Made by a program: the position numbers and the translations under genes. A stretch of 64,000 nt of DNA from contig JAAOMT010000439.1 in assembly GCA_016748015.1 (NCBI GenBank), forward strand, positions 145,527-209,526, written 5' to 3'. Positions 12,501-24,438 of the stretch are shown piece after piece. The notes below the pieces were generated by a model that was not told the DNA's origin, made no database searches, and saw only the letters and a program-made list of their open reading frames with translations. This stretch comes from Geosiphon pyriformis uo1. Its lineage: Eukaryota; Fungi; Glomeromycota. How positions within the stretch are numbered: the first letter of the stretch is position 1; each line of letters starts with the position of its first letter.

Positions 12501-15500
12501 AACAGACAATTTGACCTGGACTGACAATGAACAGGAAGAACCATTGAGTTGGGAATGAAACAAAAATAAGAGAAAAAGAAAAGAAAAGAAAGAAGAAATG
12601 CCACTAACCACTGCCATTTATAATTCCTACACCCATCACACTCCACAACAATCCAATTATTGACGGCCAAGGCTTGTATGTGTCAATTGCGACAAGAAAC
12701 TGTTGTCAATGGGCACATGTTGTGGCGACAATGAGGAATACCACACCACAACAAAGTTCTACTGTCGTCCATGCTTACTTGAACACTTTGGATGACCAAA
12801 AAGGCAAGGAAAATGGGATAACCAATCTTGTCTCACTTGTGGGGAGACTCTACTAGATGAAGGGATATGGAACAACATTCCAAAATGTGGAGAAACATGC
12901 AACGAATTGTGCCAATACACAATTCTGATAAGTGATTGGGTAAGAAAAAAAACACCAATAGAAGCAGCCTGGAGAAGAGCCATGCAGCAACTGGACAGTT
13001 GTTCACATGACAATGACAAAATTTGGCAAATAGCACTTGCCAAAATCGAAAGGGCATCGCCTAAGGAAATAAAAATGATTAAAGACAACCTCCCAGAACC
13101 TTTAGAGCTTGACTGAGATGCAGAACCCATCATAAATCTCCTGGATCCGGAACAATTCTACAAACACTACCAAGAATTAGTGCCCACAAGGAAAGAACAA
13201 GAACAACAGTTAGAGCAGTTGAATGTTCCACTATGTTAATACTGCCTAATTCCCTGTGACTTCCAGTATTGTGATGAGTGTGACCTCATTTACAATCCAC
13301 CACTATGCATGATCTATATAATCCCTAAAGAGAAAGAACCAATCAGCAGATGTGCATCAGAATTGGAATCGAATTTCAATTCCGATTCAAACTCCGACAA
13401 TGACGACAACAAAAACACTGGTTCCAGCTCTATTCAATATGGCAACAACAACGATACTGATTCCAACTCAGATTCAAACTCTGATTTAAACTACAAACAA
13501 TACATTGCACTACCAGATCTCTCCAAGAAACAAAAGTTGAAATGGTATAGTGACAATAGGGAAGATATTATACCAGAACGTGCACATAATATTGATGCAG
13601 GGTTTGATCTGAGGTATTCAGAAAAAGAGGCCATCAAATTGGAATCACATTCACACACCTGCATTGATTTGAAAGTAGCACTAGAAATTCCAGCAACAAT
13701 AATGGTTCAATTAGCATTTAGGAGTAGTTTAATGAAAAAAAGGATTAATATAAGAGGAGGAATAATTAACACGGGATATGTAAGAAATATTATTGTTATG
13801 CTATAAAATGACTCAGAAAAGACCTATATAATAGAGCCCAATGAAAAGATAGCATAGGCAATATTCCTGCCTCTGGTCAGAGTAGCTCAGTTAGTATCAG
13901 TGGAAAAGAGGGAGGAATTAGGAATAACAGCAAAAGGAATACAGGGATTCGGATCAACAGATAAAATAGATGTACCAGTTAATATGGCAGAAAAAAAAAT
14001 TGTTGGCCAAGGAGAAATTATCTCAACCAGTCAAGCTATTTCCATTCCACCATATAACTAGTACATGCTAACAATAGAAAGGAAAAAAAAAGACCAAGCA
14101 CAAATTTTTGAAGCAGAAACCAGTCTTTGTGAATTAGGAGAAGTTGGACTCATTAATCTTTATATACCAGCCAAAGATTACAGCCACATCAAAATTCCCA
14201 TCTACAACAACACAAGAAATGTCATAGTAATACCAGCCAGAACCATCATTGGATACTTAAACACTGAAATAGAGAATCAACCACCAAACCCCATTCCAGA
14301 CTTTCCACAACTTTGTGGATATGTCGATATTATGTCACAAACAATATATGGACAAAGTGAATGTTATTTGCTCCAACCAGAACAATTGAAACAAATAAAC
14401 ATGGGAAACTTAGATCCACTCCAATGTATACAACTCAAGATGTTGCTTAACCAGTTTAATAACATCTTTGCCAGTGAAAATGAGTTTGGCCAAACTGACA
14501 TCATCCAGCATCAGATCAAGACTGAAGATGCAATGCTAATTAAACAAAGAGCATACAAAGTGCTACCAGCCAGCCATGAGATTATTCATTAAGAGATAAA
14601 TTGAATGCTTGACAATAGGTTAATTCAGCCATTAATGAGCCCATAGTCATTACCAGTAGTACTCATCTGTAAGAAAAATGGAAAGATCCGATTTTGTGTA
14701 GACTACAGGAAACTCAATGGTGTAACTCATGGAGACAGCTATCCAATTCCACAAATACAGGAATTATTCGATGCTTTTGGCGGGAACAAATGGTTCTCAA
14801 CATTAGACTTGGACAGTGGTTACTGGCAAGTGGCCATGGATCCAGCCGACAAAGAGAAGACAGCATTCACCATGAGAGAAGGGAATTTCAAATTTGAAGT
14901 AATGCCATTCAGTTTAACCAATGCACTAGTCACTTTCCAATGGCTAATGGAAATTGTCTATACTGGCTTATTATGGAAATCAGTAATTGTATACTTGGAC
15001 AATACCAACGTATTCTCAAAAACATTTGATGATTATCTTTATCATCTTCAACAAGTGTTTGAAAGACTAAGAAGAGCAAGACTAAAGTTAAATGCAACAA
15101 AGTGCTTCTTTGACAAGACAGAACTAAAATTCTTGGAACACATAATCAGCAAAGACGGCATCAAAACAGATCCAGAGAAAATAGAGATAATAAAGAACTT
15201 TCCAGTACTGATCAATATGACAGAACTGAAATCATTTTTGGGATTCACCAGCTACTATTGACGTTTTATCAAGAACTTTTCCAAGATAGCACAGCCACTC
15301 AACCAACTGCAAACCAAGAATACAAAATATGAATGGACAGAAAGTCAACAAGAAGCTTTTGATATCCTGAAAAGAAAACTTATTCAAGCTCCAGTACTGA
15401 TTTATCCAGATCACAGCAAACCATTTATCATTACTACCAATGCATCCGGCCAAGCATTGGAAGCAGTATTATCTCAAAGAGAACCAGACGGCAGAGAACA

Positions 15501-15795
15501 TTTAGTAGCATATGCCAGCAGAGATTTAACACCAGCCAAAAAAAACTATGGAACACTGGAACAAGAACACTTAGCAATATACTGGTCAGTCATGAAATGG
15601 AAAGAATACTTGAGCCAGAAGTTTGAAGTATACACAGATTACAAGGGATTAACATCACTCCAAAAACAAGAATTTGGAGATAGAAAACAGTCAAGATGGA
15701 AAATGGCACTCGTACTATACAATTATACTATACATTACAAAAAAGGAAAAGACAATAGAAATGCTGACGGTTTGTCATGAATGAGACAAATCTAA
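9548..15795 (+). pseudogene. gag-pol polyprotein pseudogene: gag, CCHC knuckle, aspartic protease, Cys-rich insert, dUTPase, RT, RNase H
   Basis: CHYCGKQRHIQIDC 11312-11353; LDSGS 12004-12018; AGFDL...GFGST 13597-13959; LDLDSGYWQ, VMPFSL, YLDN 14992-15003; RNase H VYTDYK...NADGLS; many transition-derived stops and one frame change near 11405. Confidence 0.93.
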
Positions 15796-15857
15796 GAACA
15801 TTTTAACACAAAAATATAACAAAACCAGAACAATACCAACGAAAAATATAACAAAAA

Positions 15858-17240
15858 ATGAACATACAAAAATATCAACAACTTCAACATTATATAAACA
15901 CTCAACAGTTCAAGGAGAATTTATCTCAAACAGAACAAAAGAGTGTCAAACAACAATCAAAATATTTTATCACTTACCAAAATATACTTTATCAAAAAAA
16001 TAGAAAAGATTCAGATCAACCAACCAGAGTAATTACAGAGCCAGAAAAAGAGACAATATTATTCAACATGTACTTAAATCCAACAGCAGGACATTTTCAT
16101 AAAGAAGCAACCATAAAAAGAACCAGAAAAAGATACTATTGGCCATCAATATATCCAGACATCATCTAATATGTTCAAAATTGTGATGCTTGTCAGTGAA
16201 GAGGAGGTATGAAACCCAGTGAACCATTAAGACCAATCAAAGTAGGACAACCATTTGACCGTATTGGAATTGATTTAGTCAGACCATTAACAATCACCAG
16301 TGGAGAAAACAGATATATAGCAGTAGTTATAGACTATCTTACTAAATGGCCAGAGGCAAAAGCAATTCAAAAAGTGGATGCAGAATCCATTGCTGAATTT
16401 GTTCATCAAGATTTGATCTGTCGACATGGATGTCCAAAAGAATTATTATCTGACCAAGGAACTCATTTTGTAAACAAAACATTAACAAAATTGAGCCAAA
16501 GATTCGGAATTAAGAGACCATTATCATCACCATACCATCCACAAACCAATGGATTAGTTGAAAAATTTAACAGAACATTGTGTGAAGCAATAGCTAAACT
16601 CAGCCAAAAAAACCAGAACAATTGGAATTTGTTAATATCATCAGTACTATTTGCTTATCAGACAATAAAGCAAGATACTATACAAGCAACACCATTTGAA
16701 TTAGTATATAGTAGAACAGCAACACTACCAGTAGAAATAGAAGTCAGCACATATTCAACCGAACCAATAACAGAAGAAAATTTCAAAAATACATTGTTGA
16801 GAAAAACATATAACTTAATAAAAACATTAGAAAACAAATGACAAAGAGCAGCTGATAACATACAAAAGTCACAAGAGAAACAAAAAAAAAGACATGATAA
16901 CCAACTATCAGATAAACCAGTTGAGTTCAAAATTGGAGACAAAGTACTACTATATTGTATCAAAGCAGAAAAACAATGGAGTGGAAAATTTGACCCCAAA
17001 TGGGACAGACTATTTTACATAGAAGAAATTCTAGGAAATGGAGCTTACAAATTAAGATTGAATAACAAAATCTTGACCAAAGCAGCACATAGAAATTGAC
17101 TGAAACCATACCACCATATAGTATCATCATCTATCAGTAATATTCCACAATTAGGAGTACAGAAAATACTAGTCCAACCAGATGAGATTCCACAAGATCT
17201 GGAACCAATCATTATCATTGACAACAACACATCCAATTGA
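15858..17240 (+). pseudogene. Gypsy integrase (HHCC zinc domain, DDE core, GPF/Y-like C-terminus, no chromodomain seen)
   Basis: GHF...RYYWP...CDAC; IGIDLV, LLSDQGTHF, YHPQTNGLVEKFNRTL; own ATG at 15858 in a different frame from RT/RH. Confidence 0.92.
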
Positions 17241-17263
17241 TCAACAAAAGAATATATAAGAAC

Positions 17264-17917
17264 ATGGTCAACGTGACAGAAGAAATCAGAAAAATGGAGA
17301 TTACAGACAATATCCATTCACTAGCCCAACAAATTTTTCAATTAATCCAACACCAGGAGATGAAAATTACCATCAATCAACAAACCATTCGTTACAAAAA
17401 TATGGCAAAGATACCACAAAACAAAGCACAAAAAAGACTTGAAAATGTGGTCAACAAGATCATGACCAAGATAAAATTGGCCATGAAAGAACAACAAATA
17501 GTCGGATTACACCAAGAACTTACTAGAGAAACTTGGACTTGGTGGATACAACAATTTCCAAAAAACTATTGTTATTTTTACTTGGGACAATATGTAAATA
17601 TCCAGAACTTGTATACCGACAAAACAAAACGGTTATTCGACACCACAATACTGGGACAACTAGAACAATTTGTGGGAAAAAACAATCTAACCACACAAGC
17701 TCGAGCTATTTACCAACTATATATGAGATTTCAAGACTGACCAAAAATTTTACTCAACACAGCAATGGATACAGTTATAAGTAATCAATTGGGAAAAATG
17801 ACCAATGCCCAATTTAAAGAACTACAAAATAAAATAACACAAGTAATACTCGAAAAAAAAGTTCAAGAAATAATTCAAGAAGAGGAATTAAAAAAATTAG
17901 ATTTTGATGGAGCTTAA
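17264..17917 (+). pseudogene. Extra ORF of unknown function between integrase and PPT (~217 codons, one internal TGA)
   Basis: ATG 23 nt after the integrase stop; frame continues past TGA 17738-17740 (PKILLNTAMDT...LDFDGA*) up to the PPT. Confidence 0.7.
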
Positions 17918-17921
17918 TATT

Positions 17922-17936
17922 AAAAGGAGGGAATAA
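17922..17936 (+). promoter_or_regulatory. Polypurine tract
   Basis: AAAAGGAGGGAATAA immediately before the 3' LTR. Confidence 0.85.
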
Positions 17937-18828
17937 TGTTACTCATAGAATATAGGAAATATAGTATTATTAGTCAGTAGATATTAGCCAATCAGAAGTA
18001 GACGTGATAAATGTGGAATTCCAGAATTTCTTTCAGAGAAATTGCAGAATTCCAGAAATTTCAGAATTCTTCAACAAGGAATTGCAGGATTCCAGAATTG
18101 CAGGATTCCTCTTATCAGGAATTGCAGGATTCCAGGAATTCCAGGATTTCTGTCACAAAGAATTGAGGAATTGAAGAATCTCAATTATGTATATATAGCA
18201 GTAAGATTAGAAGCTGAAAAGACAGACTTCTCAGTTTAGAGTTAATCTAAGCAACATTTCAGTTCCCAATCATCAAATAAATAATTATTCCATATCTCAA
18301 CCCACTTTCCACTATCAGCACTTCATGTTGATAGTAATTGATACTTAATTACACTGGAACAATAGCTCTTGATCATGGCTATTGACGAGATATTAATGTA
18401 CCAAATTGCCTTGGCTTATTTTCTTTATTTTCTTTATTTTTTATTTTCTTTATTTTATTTTCTTTCTTTTTTTGATTTTGTTGTTGTATACTAATTGATT
18501 AAAAGATTAAGCACTGAGTTATTGACATCAAGGATAGCCTGGTAAAAGACCCAGAAATAAGAGTAGGATTTTATATATTATTAAATAGCTTACCAGAAGG
18601 GCATGACTACCAGACTAAATCCGGCCACCATGCTAAGAAAAAAATTGGGAAAACTCTTGGAAAGATACATCTACTATCCACACTATTGAATCTCTGTCCA
18701 TTATACAAAGAACTCCATCAAAACCTTCAGATACAATACTTACAAAACATTATCAACGGAAGTAGCTTTTGAGCACCAAGTTATGAGTTTGTTATTTAAT
18801 TCAATAGCAGAAATAATCACCTATAATA
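17937..18828 (+). repeat. 3' LTR
   Basis: Direct repeat of 8640-9530; terminus mutated TGTAACA>TATAATA; followed by TSD TTGC. Confidence 0.97.
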
Positions 18829-19747
18829 TTGCTAATACTAAATATTGGTCGAATAATAAATATAATTGCTAGTATGAAGCCATTTTTTAATTGCGGATGC
18901 CAAAGTTGGTGTGAAAATATATTTATTGGGTATATATCAGAATTCTCATGCTTTGAGTTTTATTACTGGTCACATTTTTTTTTCTAAGGAAAGGTAAATT
19001 CAAACTCCATTCCCAGTTGATTTGCTCAAGCAATGTTCTATTAACAAACTTGTTTCCAGAGGATTCCATTGGGCCATTATTCTTGCTTGTAGGTCTGTTA
19101 ATTTCTTCTTCCAATATGGAGAAAAAGTAATCTTGTTAGCCAAAATTTGATTCAGAATAACTTTATCAATACTTGTAGCAATAGTCTCCAAAGCACTATC
19201 AGTTTTTGAAGCACTACCAGTCTCCAAAGCACTAAGAACAGCAGTACTGTACTATATGTTAACTATTATTAAAACTCTCATAATACCCATAAACAACAAG
19301 CCAGATATAATAATTCTATCATTGTCTTCTGATAATAATAATAGCTTATAAAGAAGAAAAGTAATTGAATGTTGTAATATTTCAAAAATTTTGTTTAGTG
19401 TTCTACAATCATTTTCAGAAACTTCTTTAATTTTTTTTACTACCATAAAAAGAATGATTTTCATTGACAAATCGGGAAATCTCTCTAACTATACATGTCT
19501 GATTAAATATGAGATGATATCTAATGTTCATATCTAATATCATATGATTATAGTGTGACTATAGAGAGTAGAAATTACTTATATTTTGCTATCATATTTG
19601 TGGAGATAGGAACTATAAGGAGATATATATAGTAAAAGTGACTATAAGGAGATAATATTATATATAAATAGTTTTGGTTTTTAAAAAAATGTGATTATAA
19701 GAAGATAGTGACTATAACCAGAAGGACTATAGAGAGAGTTTACTGTA

Positions 19748-20825
19748 CCTAATTTTCAAAATAAATACTAAACCAAAAAACAGCATATGGCTAACTTAAT
19801 TAAATTTAAAAATATTTTTGTTAGAAAATATTAACAATGACAGAGCTGATGTTTTCATAAGTGTTATAATACAATTTGGTGTTTTTTATTTATTAGTGTA
19901 TATAAGAGATTTATCTTAACAGATAGTTTAATTGTTTTAAACAATGTTTACTATTTTGTTTGTAATATATATTAAACAGTTAGTTAGGCTTAATAAAAAG
20001 CAGATTTAAGTATAGAAATTTTACAAAATTTTTTCATTTAAAACATTAATTGAAACTGTATTGCTTTAGTTTGGTATTTTAATTTCTATATGTTTTTTGG
20101 TTTTACTAACAGACTTTTAATAGTTTTTTGTATGTATTTAATAAAAGCAGTTTATAAAAAACTGTCAATTACAATTAGAAAGAGACTATTTAACAAAAAG
20201 TACTCAAATATGTTGTATTTGTTTTGTAGTAATATTAAACTGTCTAATCATGTTTTTATTTATTTAAAAAATGCTTTGATATGCTTTAAAATTTTGTTAA
20301 ATTATGTTAAATTATAAAAGTTTTTAATAAGATCTTGTTTTTTATCAACTTTTTTGTATACTTTCTTTTTAAAAGCATTTGATATTGACATTTATAAAGT
20401 TCTGTGCAAGAGATTTGTTTTTAGGAATTAGATTAGTAAAGCAATATTAAGATTTGAAAATAAAAAAAAGACTATAATAATAATGACCAATTTTGTCTAA
20501 TATTTTGCTAATATGTATTATAATAGACTGTAAAATTTTAGGTTGAAATATAGAGTTAATATGAAAAAAAGTGGTTTAGTTTATCTGTTTGGAATTGTTG
20601 AATTTTTTGCTGTTAGTTTTGAATTGTGCAAAACTTATTTGTTTTTTTCAGATTTAGATAATAGTTTAGAAGTTAATATAAATATATAGTGTAGTCTTAA
20701 TTGGCTTAAGTTGCCAGTCATATATAATAAGTATATGAGTTATATTTAATTTAAATTACTTAGTTTGTTTTTGTATATTAAATAATAATTAGACTGCATT
20801 CATTAATAAATAATAATAATAATAA
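19748..20825 (+). pseudogene. LINE ORF2 3' end relic (RNase H end, C-terminal zinc knuckle), possible (TAA)n tail
   Basis: PNFQNKY*TKKQHMANLI..., VWYFNFYMFFGFTNR...YLIKAVYKKLSITIRKRLFNKKYSNMLYLFCSNIKLSNHVF is a transition-decayed form of a recalled LINE ORF2 end (VWHPDxHMxxGFT...KALHxxLPVAVRKRLY..YP..LCL.C.....DHVF.C). Confidence 0.65.
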
Positions 20826-21267
20826 AATTCTAATTTTTTTTTGATAAATAATAAAGTAATTTTTGAAAATACTTATTATTTTATAAAAAATTTGTTTAAG
20901 TTAATAAATTTTGCCAGTTAAAAAACCAAATATGCCAATAAATTTATTGATAAGTTTTTAGTAATTTAATAAACATTTGAAAATTGATTTATTAAATTAC
21001 AATATTACTGATTTTTATATTTAGTTATTTAGTGTAAAAAAAAGTTTTATTGTTTTTTTTTTCTTGAAAAAACCGAAATACATATGTTCTACTCAATGAA
21101 AATTTAATTTGCTATTTTATTGTGCTCATCCTTGGGTTCAAAACATTATTATTCTCGGGTTTTCGTTAATGTTTGAATATTCAAATTGATATATATGGTT
21201 GAAGTTGGAAAGCAAGATAAAAATTCCTTTATTGTGTATATCCGAATATGGCAAACAAGAATAACTC

Positions 21268-22800
21268 TTACCAAGCGGAAATGTTGGTGGATAACTCGGG
21301 TTCTTTTTCTTGTTCCTGCTCATATTCAATTTCAACGTACGCTTCACCTAAGATATTGATATGTGAGTATCTTGTCACAATGATTAACCAATAACTAAAA
21401 AGAATAATTATCTCACGTTTCTTTCGGAAATGCTTTTCTTTTCCGATAAGCTTTCGCTTACCCTGTAAAGGAAAAAAAATACAGATATTTGATGTTGAAA
21501 AAATACAAATGTTAAAAAAAAGAATCTATAAGTTCTCACCGTGATTATCTTTTCAGTTGCAGGTTCTTCATTTTCCTCCAATGTTTCATTGCTATCTATA
21601 CTGATCTCTTCCTCTTCAGATAGATCATTACGGATTTCCTCAATTTCCTGTTGACAATATTTTAATAACCACATTATGACTTGGAGAAGCATGGATTTTG
21701 ATCAAAGAATTATTTACCGATTCCAAAATATCTTCCAAATCATCCATATCGCCTTCACTATTTTCGGAAACGAATTCGCGTTCATTCTATATTATGTGAT
21801 GGTAAATCTCATACTAATTATACATTAAAAATTTCTTATTGGAATTTTATTTCAGAGAGAAGCTAATAATTAAGCAAACCTCAAGTTCAGTCTCTTCAAT
21901 CTCGCTCTCACTTGTCATATCGTCTTCAACTTCTACCTTATCTCCTTCCAAAACAGATTTCCAAACTTCCTCATTTACATTGAGGGGCGCATCGCCATAC
22001 GCTTTCGTTTTTAAACGACTGATCAGCTCCTTTTCAATTGCCTTATCTAACCGAGCGGCAGCTTCTGCTTTTCTCTCCCGGGTAGCTTCACGTCTTTCAA
22101 CTTTTTTCTTAATTCCGACCAATTTCGGTCTAGAAATAGAGATACACCAATCAGTGAGATGAGAATTAGAGACGTAGGGAACACCTCACTAACCGATCTT
22201 TCAGCTTTAGTTTTCTCATTTTTATCAAATACTGCGTGATTTTCGTCATGCGTTGTTTACATTTGTGAATCAGGAAATTAGGCCAATTGAGCAATTCTTT
22301 ATCAATCTTTTACAATTGAAATGATGAAATTAATCCAAAAATTAGACCGTTTTCATCAGGGTAACATTCGGGAAAGAACAAAAACGAAAAAAATTTACTT
22401 GATCTAGTGCTTGTTCATAATTTTTTGATAATTTGATTTTTTCCCACATTTTTGCTGGCGTAAACGCTCGTTCGGGAGTTTTTATGTATAAATAAAGGAT
22501 GCCTAGCCGAAGTGAGAACTTTCAAATTGGAGGCAGGTCAAAATGAGTTGAATTTAAAGTTCACCTTGCTTCTCACGAACAGTAGCATATCGACTATTTG
22601 CGAGAGGGCAAGACTGCCTGGTACAGAAACCAGTGACATTGTATTCATTTCGGCAGAAGTTCTGGGTTACAGTTCTATAGTGAAGTAGTTCAAAATTATT
22701 TCTATTATTGAAGAAAAACTTGATTCCGAAACGTATCTTACTTGACTTTATAAGAACAAAACTGCTGGTTAATGATTTGCCAGATTACTTCGTCTGACAT
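21268..22800 (-). CDS. MAK16: Ribosome biogenesis protein Mak16 (multi-exon)
   Basis: [71 protein letters not shown]-terminal YVEIEYEQE. Confidence 0.95.
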
Positions 22801-23043
22801 GGTGAACAGAAAAGTTCGGGCAACTTGATAAGCTAGCGCGTTGATTCAAATTTTCACCATCGAAAATTTATTTCAGTAGAATTTAAATACGCATGTCTGG
22901 GATCTGAACACAAATTTTCCCCATCTAGTTCTGGCCAAAATAAATAACCCATTAAACAATTTTAATTCCTTGCAGATTTGTGCAGTAGAATTTTCACCTT
23001 TACCTCTTCTTGTACGCAAGCTTCTTCGAAGTTCGAGTATTCG

Positions 23044-24438
23044 ATGTCTCAAACCACCACACCAGTGCCCGCTCAGAATCACCACCCTCAAACTTTACCG
23101 TTGAGAATACTGGCTATTGGAACGGCATACGAAGACACTATTCTTTATGTGGATAAATTTCCTCCAGAAGACGGCAAACAGCGAGCCCAACGAGTAGAAA
23201 AACGACGGGGCGGAAACGCTGGCAATACGTTGACAGTGTTATCCCAGTTTCCAATAACACTGTCTTTTTTCATGGCTTCCATGGCTTCAAAGGAAGCTTC
23301 CACGTGAGTTATAAAATGATTGGGATATTTAATTCATGGACCTTAAGCAGCAATTTTCACCGTATTTACATCCGGATCGTCTTGTATTTACACCAACATC
23401 AATTTTTAAAAAAATATCATCATAATAATTTTTTTACTTAAAATTGTTGGGCAGTTTCTTGTTACAAGACTTCGAGGCGCATAATATAAACACTTCAACC
23501 TGCATTTTCAGATCGAATGCAACCCATGCCCCAGTAGCGTACATAATTCACGCAGATAATACAAGTTCACGGACTATCATAAATTATAATAGGTAATGTG
23601 ATGGAAAATGGCCATTCTATCGAGCTTAAGCAAGATATTACTCTGGTCATTTGGGAGATTGTATTATTTTCTTATTTTCTTAATACTGCTTTCAAAGTAT
23701 AATGATCAATTCCCAACTTTTAATCTTACCAAGTATTCATGATTATTTAAAGCATAGACGAACTGACATTTGAAGAGTTTGAACGAGAATTTGAAGCTTC
23801 ATGTGCTGAGGCTTTGTCAAATGATCCCAACAATGGTTTACCTTTTAATTGGATACATTTTGAAGGCAGGAACACAGAAGAAGTAGCCAAGATGATTGAT
23901 TTTATTGATGGAAAATCATGGCGGAATAAATGTATTATTAGCGTAGAATTGGAAAAGCCACATCGAAGGGGACTTGAGAATTTAATGCACCGGGGAGATG
24001 TGGTATTTTTCTCCAAAGTATTCGCCGAAGGAAAAGGATATGATCATCCAGGGGATTTCTTACAAGTGATGGGACCATATTGTAAAAAAACGTGAGTTTC
24101 TTCTTTACTTAATAATCTAATATTTTAGTGGCATTTACTAGTCCTAATCGTTGTTTCTTCTCTCAAGAGCTTACCTTTTCTGTACTTGGGGGAGTGCTGG
24201 GGCTTCATGTTATCATAACCCTACACGTAAGCTATGTAATGCACCTGCATTAGCAATTTCTAATGTGCTTGATTCAGTTGGAGCAGGTGACACTTTTATA
24301 GCTGGAGTAATATATGGTTTGACACAGGGAATGCCACCTGAAGGTTGTCTCCGATTTGCTTGTGAACTGGCTGGTCGTAAATGCGCGCAAGTTGGATTTG
24401 AAAAGGTTGTAGAGAAAATGAATCAGTTAAACTTTTGA
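23044..24438 (+). CDS. PfkB-family carbohydrate kinase, ketohexokinase-like (4 exons)
   Basis: RRGGNAGNT, WIHFEGRN, SVELEK, DSVGAGDTFIAG, KCAQVGF. Confidence 0.92.

Larger units (their letters stand above)
8640..18828 (+). mobile_element. Full-length Ty3/Gypsy LTR retrotransposon, pseudogenised, 4-bp TSD TTGC
   Basis: Two ~891 bp LTRs, PBS, PPT, domain order gag-PR-dUTPase-RT-RH-INT; TTGC at 8636-8639 and 18829-18832. Confidence 0.97.
5285..19745 (-). mobile_element. pogo/Tigger-like Tc1/mariner DNA transposon (~4.3 kb after removing the nested Gypsy), TA TSD
   Basis: Left end TA|CAGTGAATTCTCTTTATAATC and right end (reverse complement) TA|CAGTAAACTCTCTCTATAGTC match 17/21, all mismatches transitions; subterminal GACTATAG/AAG repeats at both ends; CENP-B/DDE_1 transposase inside. 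Confidence 0.75.

Noticed and set aside
11378-13133. Several minus-strand ORFs inside the Gypsy element
   Set aside because: Antisense shadows of the gag-pol frame with no motifs
18603-18828. ORF within the LTR U5
   Set aside because: An internal TGA is shared by both LTRs and apparently the solo LTR, and the 5' copy is frameshifted; not supportable as a gene
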